A stretch of DNA of 40,080 nucleotides from Vezdaea acicularis. Its lineage: Eukaryota. Position numbers and translations under genes: made by a program. A model generated the notes under the pieces. It ran no database searches, was not told the DNA's origin, and saw only the letters and a list, made by a program, of their open reading frames with translations. Location: positions 1-40,080 of the forward strand of contig JAPEUI010000136.1 of assembly GCA_026025075.1 (NCBI GenBank), written 5' to 3'. Positions 1 to 11,583 of the stretch are shown here, piece after piece (position 1 is the stretch's first letter; each line of letters begins with the position of its first letter).

Positions 1-593
1 AATCCTAAGAGACATCTATTGAATACTATCTACCATTGACTACCGCCTGCGACTCGCATGCGATACGCATGCGACCATCCGGAGTGAGACTAGTCTGTTG
101 CCTGCCCATACGCACGCGCCTCACAGGCAGACAGACAGACACAACCACCGCCGAAGCGAAAAAGAGTTGGTTAATCGTGATTGGCGAATTTTTTACCTGA
201 CGGACGAACCGCCAGGGATATGCTTGACCCCACCCGCACACAGCCCCCCTCGTTGCCCGTTATCGAGTGCATGAACACCTCTCGAGGTTGTGGAGGGTAG
301 GCGTTTTGAGAGGCGTGCGCGTGAGGCTTGCCAGGACGCACGATGGGCCGGCGCTAATTATGGCAAGCCTGAGGACATACCACACCCCCCACTGCTGCTG
401 CTGCGGCGGCGCAAGCAAGCTTCGACCGTACGCGCATATGGAGTCACGATAGCTGCCTTGACTTTTTCCCTTACAAGGGAGGCAGGGTCCAGCGAATGGT
501 TCGATTGTCTGAAGGGGTGTTTTTTTACTATATTCTACTAACCAATTATACCGTTAGACTTGATCAAAGGTCTATTGTAGCCATCTTCGCAGA

Positions 594-1602
594 ATGGATT
601 CATCAACATTAAGGCAGCTCGTCCGGAACCAATTTCAAGAATCATCATGTATCGCGATCGCCATAACCATGAGCAATCGATGCCATAAGGGTATCAGGAT
701 CAAACACGTCCCAGGAACATGTGCAGCCAAGTTGAAAGCAGCTGCGATGGGCAAGCTATCCGGATCGTATCTTCACCAGGAATTGACCACCATCATGCTA
801 TCCATGCTTTGTTTCCAGCAAGGCAGGCAGAGTTGATCGTGTTTTTGTTCACCAGGAATAAGCAGATTGCGTTGTGCGGGAGTGGGTTCAAGAAAGCTGA
901 GGCTTGTGGTGGACTCTACGCCCTCTGGAACCCGGCGATGGTGCCGCGTTCCAAGTTGACGATCGTACCGTATCTCGTACCTGGAGTTGAGCCGTATACC
1001 ACACCTAAGGTCGAGCCATATACTGAATGTTAGAGCGAGCCATATACTGCACCTGAGAGGTCCGATACTCCGCGCCTAAGATCAAGCCGTATACTGCACC
1101 TGAAACCGTTCGACGGAGAGTTGTGGTCCGACTACCGAGAGTGTTAGACGACGAGTCTTACGTGCAGACAACGATAAGCCCCCAAATAACAACTTCTCAA
1201 GTCACGAGGAGGTTGTCAGCTCAAGCAAACGCGTTGGCCATGTTGCTGAAGCGGTCCCAACCCAAGCGTGTTGAATCTGCCAGCTTCTGGGGCCCACCAA
1301 CTTGCTTCGAGCTCAAAACCCACAACAAGGTCAAGCCCCACAAAGAAGAACTTGAGAATAACAAGGCCGATGAAGAGTCTGTGGGATTTGATTCCGAAGT
1401 TGAGCGCGATGGCATTCCCAATCCCAATCTTTCAGACACTCCAACAACCACAGCGGCAGCAAGCAGGAACACATCTGCAGAGTCACTTTCCCCTCTTGCA
1501 ATGCTGGGGAAAGGAAAAGAAGGGAGTGTGCGTGATGATCCCAAAGAGAAAGAGCTGATCGGACAAAAACCAATAAAGAATGAAGAGTGGGCAGATTCCT
1601 GA
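594..1602 (+). pseudogene. Probable disrupted gene; N-terminus resembles fungal treble-clef-type Cys-rich domains
   Basis: Three consecutive + ORFs (594-836, 719-1033, 1123-1602) join via a frameshift near 820 (MLCF.../QAELIV), an in-frame TAG at 1031 and a 23-bp unit within a 24-bp repeat. The N-terminus has CIAI..SNRC...LC. Confidence 0.35.
962..1104 (+). repeat. Degenerate 24-bp tandem repeat, 6 units (xEPYTxPx)
   Basis: Units include gttgagccgtataccacacctaag, gtcgagccatatactgaatgttag, agcgagccatatactgcacctgag and atcaagccgtatactgcacctgaa. Confidence 0.75.
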
Positions 1603-2319
1603 TAAATGCGTTTTAAAAATGGGCTTTTTGTTGTCAGAAAACGTGCAAAGGCGGACGAAAGAACAGTGAATCATGACGCAAATCGAAGAACAGAAGCAAT
1701 CGCACAAGCTGATCTCATTTTAAGGAAGACGCCTCTGCTGGAGACAAAGTCTTAGTTCATTATAGGGTCATCAATGTTTGTCTTCAATGCGTCATCTGAG
1801 CCTGTTCAATATTTTCTGGTCCCTTCGAAGGTTTCCGATGTATCTGATGAGAGCCAGTCCGCATCATCAGTACAGACTGCGGTATAAGAAACTCCAGTGT
1901 CTGCTTAAGGGCAACCCATTCTGCCAGCACAAGTAACGCCTGCGCCCGCCGAGGGACAACCAATGCCACCATCACAGCAGACGACACCATTTCCCCCTTC
2001 CCTGAACCAAGGTTTTAATCCTGATGCTGCCCCCGAACGGCGCTATTTCCCTAACTCGAGCTCTGCCGGCAGTCCTTGTTAAGACAACAGCCCTATAACT
2101 GACATAACAGAGGGGCTAGTTCAAGAGACATTTATTGACTCATACCCCGCCTATGCGACCAACCCGCTTGAGACTACTACATTGCCCGCCCGTATGCGCG
2201 CGGCTTACATTACTTCCCCGTCATTTTAGCGCTGACATCTAGATTCTTGCACAGGCGCATATCAAAGAGAGATGATGGAAAAATTAGTTAGAACACAGGC
2301 TAAAATCCACAAAATTAAT

Positions 2320-2487
2320 TGCCGCCATCGTGAATGCCGCCATCGTGAATGCCGCCATCGTGAATGCCGCCATCGTGAATGCCGCCATCGTGAATGCCGC
2401 CATCGTGAATGCCGCCATCGTGAATGCCGCCATCGTGAATGCCGCCATCGGGAATGGGGCCATCAGGAATGTCGCCATCGTGAATGC
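2320..2487. repeat. 15-bp tandem repeat (tgccgccatcgtgaa) x11
   Basis: Nine near-perfect units, one variant (tggggccatcaggaa), then one more unit. Confidence 0.97.
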
Positions 2488-4340
2488 AATGCACACGCCC
2501 ATTTAACAAGAACTTTTTCCTAGCTACTCGCGATCATTGACCTCCAGCTCATCTAGTTGTATGTGAAAATGTGCGTTATCCTTCTTAAGCCAAGAATTTC
2601 AGCCCCAATTCAAGAAACTCTTACTGAACATCCGCCACCATACAGAAATCAAGCGAAGGACGGATTAATCCAAATCTTTTTGGCAAAACTTGACGCAATT
2701 TTCTTAAAATATCCCACACAGCTCTAGAATCTTGTTCGGTCAGGATGTGCCTCTTCTTTATCATACCTCCGAAGCGGCCTCTTCCTCTCCAGACAGTTGG
2801 GTATCGTTTTGAGCCGCCGCCACCATATACAATTGATGGTGCAGAGCCTTACGTATCAGATCATACTCACAATGTACCGCGCGCAAAATTTTTTTCAAGG
2901 ATTGATGGGAAAGCTTTGAGTTGTTTAGTGCGATGCAGAAGAATGGTTGCGAGAGATGTGGGTATAGCCAATCACATACTTGGGGCATGAAGATTGGAGG
3001 GCTTGAGTATCCATAAGAACACCTCTTTGTGCATCAAGATACCAAATAGAGCTCTGGCTAATAGTTCCCATGATTTTTCACTCTTAGCATTCGTGAATAC
3101 ACAAAATCCCCTTCCAATGAACCCCTGAGAGCCTCCGCTTACATTCCAGTCACCATCCCTCTTTCGCGTTCAAGAACACCTGTCCCTTCTTGTGATCGAG
3201 TGCTCCAGAATGCTATCTTGTATTAGGTCCTTCTATTGCCGGCAAAGATAGATTCGGCAAGCGGAGTCCGATGTCCAGAGCCAATACGAGAAAGTCCTCT
3301 AGATCCATGTAGTGGTTGAGTCCCAAGAAAAGCGCACGATTTAGCAGTTACGCAACCACAACGAGCGAGGAAAACCGCCTCTATGCCGACCACAGAATAA
3401 CAAATGAGGACCGTAGGAGGACTGATTCCCTTTAACCAAAAAACGACCCCGCCATCGCCCTCATCATCTGGATAAATGATTGCAGGGTGAAACGGCTTAT
3501 CCGCATCCCTAAGAGAAGATACGTAATCAAGCAACGCGTATACCAACGCGCTGCTTCGTACAGTGACGCCCGTTCCTATAGCGACCAAAGGCACAGATCC
3601 AAGCTCAGAGGATAGCTTGAATTCAAAACGTACCTGAGACTCCATGCCTGACTGTAAGAGCGCAAAGCGAGAACGACAAAGAATAGAGACTATACGATGA
3701 TTATTTGGCCAGCCAGTGTCTGTGACCTTGGGTTGGAGTCTAATCAATGCGGAAGTAAGAAGAATAGCATTGGCTTTTGGCTTCACCTTATTATGTAGTC
3801 CGTTCGATGAAAACATTCTGCTACCACACTCTCTTAAGGCCTGGCACACGCTGGATGACCGTCTAGCGTCTAAGGACAGTTGCATGAGAAAGCCTTGCCT
3901 AGTGCCAGTTCCTGCATAAAACTCAGCGCTAGAGCGACGGTTGTAAGATGGCAAGAAGCTTCCGGCGGCTACAGCAAAGGATTTTTTTCTTGGCGGCTGG
4001 GTGTAAGAATGCGTGCGCGGGCCAAGCGAGTGGCCGCCTAGAAGGCAGAGGACGGCAGCAAGTAGGGCGCATAAGCGCTGTATCTCAGGAGATGAATGAC
4101 AGGGATCATTAGTGACCGGTCGAAGCTGTGGTCAAGATTCATGGTGCATAAGCGAGCCGCGGGCGAGTCTGGCCCAACCTGTATCATGCACTGCGCCATG
4201 TCTGTAGCCTTGTAAGGCTTATGCACCATCAATTTTGTCGGGTAGCATTGACGCCCAGAGCGTTTCAAGCGCCCCTAGTGCAGGAGCCCTTGGAGGATGG
4301 CGCATAAGCTGAATGCCCCAGGCTTGAAGGCACAGACCCT

Positions 4341-4486
4341 TACGAAGGTACGTGTACAACCCGTAAAGAGTGTTAGCACGGTCAAGGGTGGCAACCCCTG
4401 CCCAAGAAAATAGTGCGAAGATGTTTTGCTGGTGCAAGGGTCTTCCCCTGCACATGCTAACACTCTTTACGGGTTGTACCTCCGTA
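4341..4486. mobile_element. MITE-like inverted-repeat element flanked by TA
   Basis: Perfect 25-bp inverted repeat at 4354-4378 and 4455-4479 (gtacaacccgtaaagagtgttagca). The arms extend outward as tacgaaggtac / gtacctccgta, with TA at 4341-4342 and 4485-4486. Confidence 0.6.
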
Positions 4487-4681
4487 CACCAGGCTACAGA
4501 CATAGATCAAAGCTTGATACTTCAAAGCTTCACTACTATCGAGCTCATACTAAAAGTGGTTTTTATAAGCGTAACGTATGCTAATGAGTAAACATGCCCG
4601 CAGTTCCTCGTATAGGTAATCAAAGCATGAGAACTATTGTACTATTTGGAGCTCTGCTTTATGATTTTAAAACGAACTTTG

Positions 4682-5746
4682 TCAGAAAAGCCAATGATTT
4701 AACCCAGCAATGAGTGCAAAGAGAGTAAAAATCATCTGCACATTGTACATAATGCGCAATCCACCATTGTCTATCAACGGGGTGATGTTTGAAGGTTGAT
4801 GAGGACTGGTCAATGTGATTAGACTGTTACTTGGATATTTAGATGCGCTTAAAATTTGAAATGGCGGACCGTTAATTGTAGGGGTGATGGAAATATTTTG
4901 CACAGCATTGGAAATAAACTGATCCATAAGACCACCTGGGTTTAGTCCAAATACCATTCCGGCTTCGCAGTGAGATGTATTGCTCGTTTGAGCGCAATGA
5001 AACCATTGCGGTTGATCAACATCGACCGTCAAGCTTACTAAAAATCGGCCTGTCTCATTATGGGGGTTGTACTGATGAAAATCTGTGTTGAATTTGGCCG
5101 CATTTTGACAAGGATGAATGAAAGAAGACTGTGTCAATGTGTGGTTCAGAGACAAGAAATTGAATTCGATAACCTCGCCAACAGCGGCTTCGACAGCGTC
5201 GGGTTCAAAGGTTAGATGACCTGAGGCTCCGACAATGACCTGGTGCGTAATTTGCGCTTCAGGCTTGCAAGTCGCTGAAGGCACTGTGCTACTTGTAGTC
5301 ATTGCTGTTATGTAGGCTGAGCCATTTTGCCGTGAATATTGAGATTGATCAGACGCTGTTTTGCTAGCCATCATAGGTCCTATAGGATTTGAGGCGTGCT
5401 CATCACGGGTTGTTAAGGGAACAAGTACGCTTGTGATTCCAGTCATGACCATGACGCTATGAGTGCTTCGACTGACAACTTCAGCATCGTATTTTGATGT
5501 AGAGGAAGCAACACCACTTGAAGGATGCGATTGACATCTGCACATTACATCAGAGCTTTGTCCGATCGAAGTATTTTGGTGGACACTTTTTGGCCAGAAA
5601 AATATGGACTTGGGCCTGCTATAGAATTAATGATTTTGCTAGAGTGTTCTTGAAAGCCCTTACCTGATTGAATAGTAGTCAGGGTTTGCGTATTCTGCTG
5701 CGTTGGACCAGCCAAACAGATAGATCAAAACAGTCCAAAAGATCAT
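4682..5746 (-). CDS. Secreted, probably GPI-anchored Ser/Thr-rich cupredoxin-domain protein; join(5746..5664,5618..4682)
   Basis: Signal peptide MIFWTVLIYLFGWSNAA and a GTAAGG..TAG intron that joins in frame. Cupredoxin motifs: LTFEP..VEAAVGEVIEFNF..NHTLTQSSF..PC and WFHCAQ....HCEAGMVFGLNP. Hydrophobic C-terminus. Confidence 0.88.
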
Positions 5747-6240
5747 GGTTGAGAAAGGATTACAGGAAGATAGACATGGAAGGTAATTGAAAAACTACGT
5801 ACTGGGGTTAAGGCCAGGACCAAGAGGTTATGTGATGAGCATGTATTTGGACAAAATACAGCCTGCGGCTTTCCGCGCAATTGCCATAACTACCTACGAC
5901 AGGGATTTAGTGCCTTTCCCATAGCTGGTCTATTTTGGGGCCTGCGGGGTCTGGCTCGCCTAATCTTCAGTCTAAAGTCGGTTGACCGAAAGCCGCGTTC
6001 TGGACAGGCGAAATCTTGAAGTTGGATCCTGGCATCATGGAAGCCACATGCGGTCAGCCCGTTTTCTGTACTATAGTTCAGAGTATATAGTCACATTGAT
6101 CTGTCTCCAACTCATTTAGCTGTCTTACTTTACCTCCATCAGCCTGGTGCTTGATTTAATGCCTTGTAACAAATCATCTGTTTAACAAATTTGAATCGTG
6201 CAACTCCGATTCGTCTTCTAAGGCTCTAAATTTTGCAAAC

Positions 6241-8109
6241 ATGACAAGTCTTGCGTCATACTTTCGTGGAAATGCTAATAATCCGGCGGTCATCACAGAT
6301 GGACTAGATGGCAGTCGGCTCGATGAAACTCAGATCAGAGCTCTATTTGAAGAGAAACGCGCCTCACCAGATGAGAAAGTGATTACTGAAAACGTCTTAT
6401 TGGAAAACAAGAAGGATGCGGACCTACTGGACAAGGGAGCCTTCTTCAAGGACGTTGGAGATGACGTTAAGTCTTTCTTCATGGAAAAATGGGCAATAGG
6501 CTACAATGCACAGTTGTGCTATGCTAAAATTCTGTATAAATATGGCCAACACGAAGAGTGGGATGTAATGGATCACACTGCGGCTGAATCATGCGCGGCT
6601 AAAGTCAAAGGTCTGAATAGAGATATCAGACGCTTCAATCTTGGCAAGAGAGCTTCTTCCAAGAGAGGTTTCTTGAAAGCAGAGTTGTCAGACGAGGATT
6701 TGGAGTTACTTTACAGTCCTGAAGACAGCGACGAGAACAGCGACGAAGACAGCGACGATGAAAATATGCCAGATGCACCGCCATTAGAGGAGGACGCCCC
6801 TACTGTGCATAGCCAGCCTATAACCACAGCATTCAGGGGAGTCACTGAAGCAATGATGGATTACATTAGCAGTGCTGGAGATGGTGCAGGCTCACGAGCA
6901 AAGCTAAGAATTGTCAAAGAGAGTTTAAAGGATGTTGACGTTGAAATAAATTATCCAGAGCTCCAAACATACTACACAAAGACTGTCAGCGCCCAGGAAA
7001 AGTATCTCAAGGATCCGCAGTCCAAATCAGCTGAGGATTACCTGTTAAAAATTGGCCAGTTTGCGCGCGTTATACGATCAAAAGGCTATCCACCAGCCTG
7101 GATCCCCAAAAAGGGGTTTGAGCAGGGGATTGTATTCTCTGCTCTACTGAAAGCATCAACCGCCAACAAATATGCTGACGACGATTCAGTGGTGTTGTTG
7201 ACAAACGATGGAGAAATGAATGAACTAAAGACATTTGGGGAGCTATTGAAGCAAGCGCAGCTTCAAAAAAAAGATGGCAAGTTGTCAAACAGCTCCTCAA
7301 AGCAAAAGAACACCGGATCAAAATCATCTTCTGGAGACCCAAAAGCCACTCAGCTGGTTGGCTTTAGGATAGACTCAGGTGGAACTTCAATAAGCCCCAA
7401 TTGTGATGATCCCTGTAAGCTCCCAAACGGTAAGGACATTGAGGGATTTCGAAAGGTCGGAACTGGTTACCAGCTCATTGTCAGCACTCCGGCAAAACAT
7501 AAGCTCAAGATTTATGAAGCAATACCTGCCAGCGGCTACAGAGGAGCACTGTCCAGGTATAAGGGTGCTGGAAATCATGACACCATGAGCCTCAACCATA
7601 ACAGCGAACTCAAGGAAAGCTTGAAGAAAAATCCCGGCATTGAGCACTTGTGCCATGTTGTAGGTGTAGTGTCTACCAAAAGAGATACTCAAGAAAAATC
7701 ACGCCCGTTCTGGTCTCAAGCTCATACTAATGTGAAGGTGTACTTTGGCAATGAAGACAAACCAATCATCGCTCCAATGTGGATTACACGCACTTACTTC
7801 AAGCAAGCGGTCGGAACTATCATGGCGGACGAGTATATCGAGGCTTACTGCAACATCGTGGGCCAAAAGAAGCCTGGGAAGAGAGATCCGGAAGCTTATG
7901 TAGCTTGGAAATACGGAGAAGGTTCCATTGACTGCGGTGATTCTGATGATGACAATGACAAGGACGACGGAAGTGATGATGGAAGTGATTATGATGGAAG
8001 TGACGACGAAAGCAATCATGGAGGCGATGAAGAGGCAATGCATCAACTACAACTTCTTTTTTCTAAACTTCTAAAGGGTAAAAAGAAGTCCAAATCTAGA
8101 CGCTCTTAG
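6241..8109 (+). CDS. Hypothetical 622-aa protein with acidic tracts and a basic C-terminal NLS-like tail
   Basis: Long uninterrupted ORF with good ATG context (gcaaacATG), D/E-rich tracts and a KGKKKSKSRRS end. Confidence 0.85.
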   Translation: MTSLASYFRGNANNPAVITDGLDGSRLDETQIRALFEEKRASPDEKVITENVLLENKKDADLLDKGAFFKDVGDDVKSFFMEKWAIGYNAQLCYAKILYKYGQHEEWDVMDHTAAESCAAKVKGLNRDIRRFNLGKRASSKRGFLKAELSDEDLELLYSPEDSDENSDEDSDDENMPDAPPLEEDAPTVHSQPITTAFRGVTEAMMDYISSAGDGAGSRAKLRIVKESLKDVDVEINYPELQTYYTKTVSAQEKYLKDPQSKSAEDYLLKIGQFARVIRSKGYPPAWIPKKGFEQGIVFSALLKASTANKYADDDSVVLLTNDGEMNELKTFGELLKQAQLQKKDGKLSNSSSKQKNTGSKSSSGDPKATQLVGFRIDSGGTSISPNCDDPCKLPNGKDIEGFRKVGTGYQLIVSTPAKHKLKIYEAIPASGYRGALSRYKGAGNHDTMSLNHNSELKESLKKNPGIEHLCHVVGVVSTKRDTQEKSRPFWSQAHTNVKVYFGNEDKPIIAPMWITRTYFKQAVGTIMADEYIEAYCNIVGQKKPGKRDPEAYVAWKYGEGSIDCGDSDDDNDKDDGSDDGSDYDGSDDESNHGGDEEAMHQLQLLFSKLLKGKKKSKSRRS

Positions 8110-9678
8110 GCGATACAGGACACATATACAGATTGGCCTAATGGGTTAGCTTTCGAGATTTTGGTTTGGAGGTTTTGTCTTGCTTAGCGTTGTTTGTGCA
8201 GGCCACAAATATCCATATCAGTCCTTTGCAATTTTCTTTGCCGCGTTTGCGAGAACTAGTTTAAAGCTGGATTAGAGTTAGTGCGGTACCTGGTAGTATA
8301 ATTAGCTCAGATCTTTTTCTTTACTGCCTGCCATGCGACAAATGTGATTCGAGGTGATTTGGATCCAAGCCTAGAGCGTTGGTGGCTACGTCTGGTTCAG
8401 ATTTGGGATAGCTGATAGCGTTTTCTTTTATCATAGAGTTCATCCATGCTTTAACAGACATCGATGATAATATTGGCCTATGCTTTTCATGTAAGCAATC
8501 TTCAAAGTGATACATACCATTTCTGCCATGAAGAAACTCACAATATCTTCACCGACCAGCGCGTGCAATGAAAAGGGGCGGTGAAGCAACGGTGTGCAAC
8601 TGTTAGCCGTTTGAGGCTCTCAAAAGCATCACGATTAATCCCTTGGTGTACCTATTAGTAGCTGATCGCCTTGGTCCATGTAACAGCTTTCATCTATTGG
8701 CTTCGGCAAGAAGGCATCAAAACGCCACATCAGACATGGAGCCTGGGGATTGTAGCAAACCCATTATGATCACAGAAACGCGTCTGCTTGTGGTGTCCTG
8801 CACCTTTGCATGCACCAGGAGCCGCCTGGTTAGAATTTCCGTCTGCAGCTTTACCGCAGATGAGGGGTGACAATTGGAGAACCAGGGCTGTGAGCCAATT
8901 GCTGATCGCCGGTCAGCACCCTCATCGACGTGAAGCCATTTACTTGACCAAGTTAGGATACAGTTGCAAAAACGTTCGAGCACGGAAGAAGTTCCCCAGA
9001 TGCTAAAGATGCTTTATTAAATGTAGCAACGTTCTGGCCCAAGATTCAGACTCTGGCGCTTCTACTAAGGCTCGTCCACTGTTCGCACGGCTAGCGTAGC
9101 CGAATTCAAAAATTCCTGGAGGAAATTGCTCTGGTCGAGATAGGTCAGAGTTTGTTGAGGGATTGCGTTTGTTGATGACTGTCTCAGCGACGACGACTGT
9201 CTTGACGACGCCCCTATCCGTGCCGCGGGCCAAATGAGTATTACTCACGATCCCCAGGTGCCTAGATAACAAGCCAATAAAAGCATTGAGGTCTAATCCA
9301 GAACTTTGTCGATTAAGAGAGGAACGGAATCGCCTGACTCGGCTCATTTGTTTCTGCTGCAAGATCTCTGTTATGATAGCTGTAGCGCAAAATCTACGTC
9401 CTCACCTGAGTCGGTTGAATGAGCTGCTATCAACCTACGCAGAGCTTATTGATTCGAGACAATTGATATCGAGTAGAACGATAACTTGGACGGTCAATGC
9501 ATCAGATAATCAGGGACCAATGATAATGAGCAGATGGACATGCCGATGAAAGTGTAGATGGTTCATTTAGCTAGCTGCAAATCGTCTATCTATGTCGTTC
9601 GCGGCATCCTCTGCCCAGGCTTTGGCTCGAGAGGCAAGCGCTACCCTTAACCCCCTAACAGTCTTCTTGAATAGAACC

Positions 9679-11583
9679 CTAAGAACTATCCTTGTCGTCA
9701 TTGCCATCGCGGCTGGCCACTGAATTTGCGTACATATGAGACTTGATTGAATCCGAATCCGACCCGCCAACATCGTCATCAACGACCGGATCCCCTCCAG
9801 TCTTTGCATTATCGTGTTGAAATAGTTGACCAGTCGCGGTATACTTGAGTATGCTCGGCGATGATGACTTATTTGTGACTCCTAGCTGTTGAAAAGGCGT
9901 GACTGATTTATCGGGTTGTTCCTGGACGCCAGATAAGAAGCTGAAGGTATCCCAAGCCTCTTTCCAATCCTTATTGTTGCTTACTTTCTCTTCGGTGCGT
10001 CTTGCAATCACAGTCAATAGTCTTCTTGCTCTGTTGACTAAACCCAAATCTCCATCTGTCTTTGCACTTTTTCGGTAACGTCCGGAGCTGGCTGAACCTG
10101 GCGGCGAGGGGCTTCGTGGTCGTCTTGACGAAGTTGCTAGTGCTACTATTGGCTGATTGATATAACAGTTTTCTATTGCGAGTTGATTGGGTACCTGGTC
10201 ATATATTGGGTTTGAGGGCTTTGCACTACCGTGGATTATATTCCAGGTCTTTGGAACCGGTCCATTAAAGTCAGCCCCTACCAATGTGATGTTTTCTAGC
10301 GCTCCCACGCGGCCATCAATAAAGAAATAACCCGCCCCTTTAGGTACACGGTTCGAAGATATTTTGCAGTCTTTTCGAAAGTCGTGAGGCCAATATTCTG
10401 ACTTTTTACGGAAGGGAATCATCGAACGTACAATGTGGCCCAATGCTCGATCGCTGAGATCAACATAGACGGGAAATACCATCAAATGCTCCTCACCGGC
10501 GCTATAGACCCTTGCAGTTAGGACTTCAAGTGGACCTCTTGGATCAAAGAGCAGGAAAGTCTTATTGTCAGGATTGCCATGTCCATCGGTCGGCTGCCAC
10601 GTTCCTTTTGGATACTCCAATTCAGGAAGTCTCCAATAAGGATTCGCTAGTCCTGTCCGTTTTTTCGTGGCTGGTGATCCAATGAGGGTGTCTACTGTAT
10701 CATTTTTTCTTGCCGTTATTGATAATTCTTCCGTAGGAGTGTCCTGTCGAGGCAAGGAGATGCGATCAATCACCGTGTCATTCTGTTGTGGCGTTGACAA
10801 TGGTTCTTCCGTGGGAGTGTCATGTCGAGGCAAGGAGACGCGATCAATCACCGTATCATTCTGTCTTGCCGTAAATCGTAATTCTTCCGTAGGAGGGTCC
10901 TGTCGAGGCAAGGAGATGCGATCGATCACTGTGTCATTCTGTTGTGGCATTGACAATGGTTCTTCCATGGGAGTGTCCTGTCGAGATGGGGACATAGGGC
11001 CAATCACCGTATTATTCTGTTTGTCCTTTGGTGTTTCCAAACAGCCCGCCTTATTCACCCAACGGTTATATCGCCCAATAGGTCTGTCTTGTCCTGGCGC
11101 TTTCTTCTCGTCTACTATTATAATTCGGGGATACCTTACAACCCGTCTGTTGAGATCTTCCGGTATCTTCGACGTCCTTTTGATATAATCGTCCTTCGTG
11201 CGAGTTGAATCCTCCAGTTTTGCTTGAAAGATGATGTTTCGTTTTGTCTTAACATCAAGAGCGAGCGCCTTGACAAGTTCCCTATCGGTCTTTTCACACT
11301 CCGGAAATGCATGCCGAAATTTTGCGACAAGATCGGCTGAAAATACTTCTGGCTGCTGTATATCGAAAACTCGTCGCAATGCCTTGCAAGGGTAGTCTGT
11401 ACTATCGCATTCGATTGCTTTTAGGCGTTCGATGATTTCTTCTTCAGTTGGCTCGGTGAATAGATCAAACGTGACGTAAATCGCGTCAAAGACCATCTGT
11501 TTGGTCCACGTTGGTGGCCATGAGCCTTCAGTTGGTGCGAAATTGTCCGTAGGACAAGGCCCATCTGCCGTTAGTTCGTCCAT
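9679..11583 (-). CDS. Hypothetical 634-aa protein with internal 26-aa tandem repeats
   Basis: Long uninterrupted ORF starting at ATG; no family recognised. Confidence 0.82.
   Translation of the reverse strand: MDELTADGPCPTDNFAPTEGSWPPTWTKQMVFDAIYVTFDLFTEPTEEEIIERLKAIECDSTDYPCKALRRVFDIQQPEVFSADLVAKFRHAFPECEKTDRELVKALALDVKTKRNIIFQAKLEDSTRTKDDYIKRTSKIPEDLNRRVVRYPRIIIVDEKKAPGQDRPIGRYNRWVNKAGCLETPKDKQNNTVIGPMSPSRQDTPMEEPLSMPQQNDTVIDRISLPRQDPPTEELRFTARQNDTVIDRVSLPRHDTPTEEPLSTPQQNDTVIDRISLPRQDTPTEELSITARKNDTVDTLIGSPATKKRTGLANPYWRLPELEYPKGTWQPTDGHGNPDNKTFLLFDPRGPLEVLTARVYSAGEEHLMVFPVYVDLSDRALGHIVRSMIPFRKKSEYWPHDFRKDCKISSNRVPKGAGYFFIDGRVGALENITLVGADFNGPVPKTWNIIHGSAKPSNPIYDQVPNQLAIENCYINQPIVALATSSRRPRSPSPPGSASSGRYRKSAKTDGDLGLVNRARRLLTVIARRTEEKVSNNKDWKEAWDTFSFLSGVQEQPDKSVTPFQQLGVTNKSSSPSILKYTATGQLFQHDNAKTGGDPVVDDDVGGSDSDSIKSHMYANSVASRDGNDDKDSS
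10693..11019 (-). repeat. 78-bp coding repeat x4.2 with alternating A/B units
   Basis: QNDTVIDRISLPRQDxPTEE followed alternately by PLSxPQ or LxxTAR. Confidence 0.93.

Noticed and set aside
2761..3954. 243-aa minus ORF 3223-3954 and downstream fragments
   Set aside because: Non-ATG start, no recognisable motifs and downstream frames full of stops. It may be a remnant but cannot be supported.
8321..9549. Possible spliced minus-strand gene remnant
   Set aside because: Some intron-like signals exist (GCTAACAG near 8605), but I could not build a consistent reading frame or assign a family.
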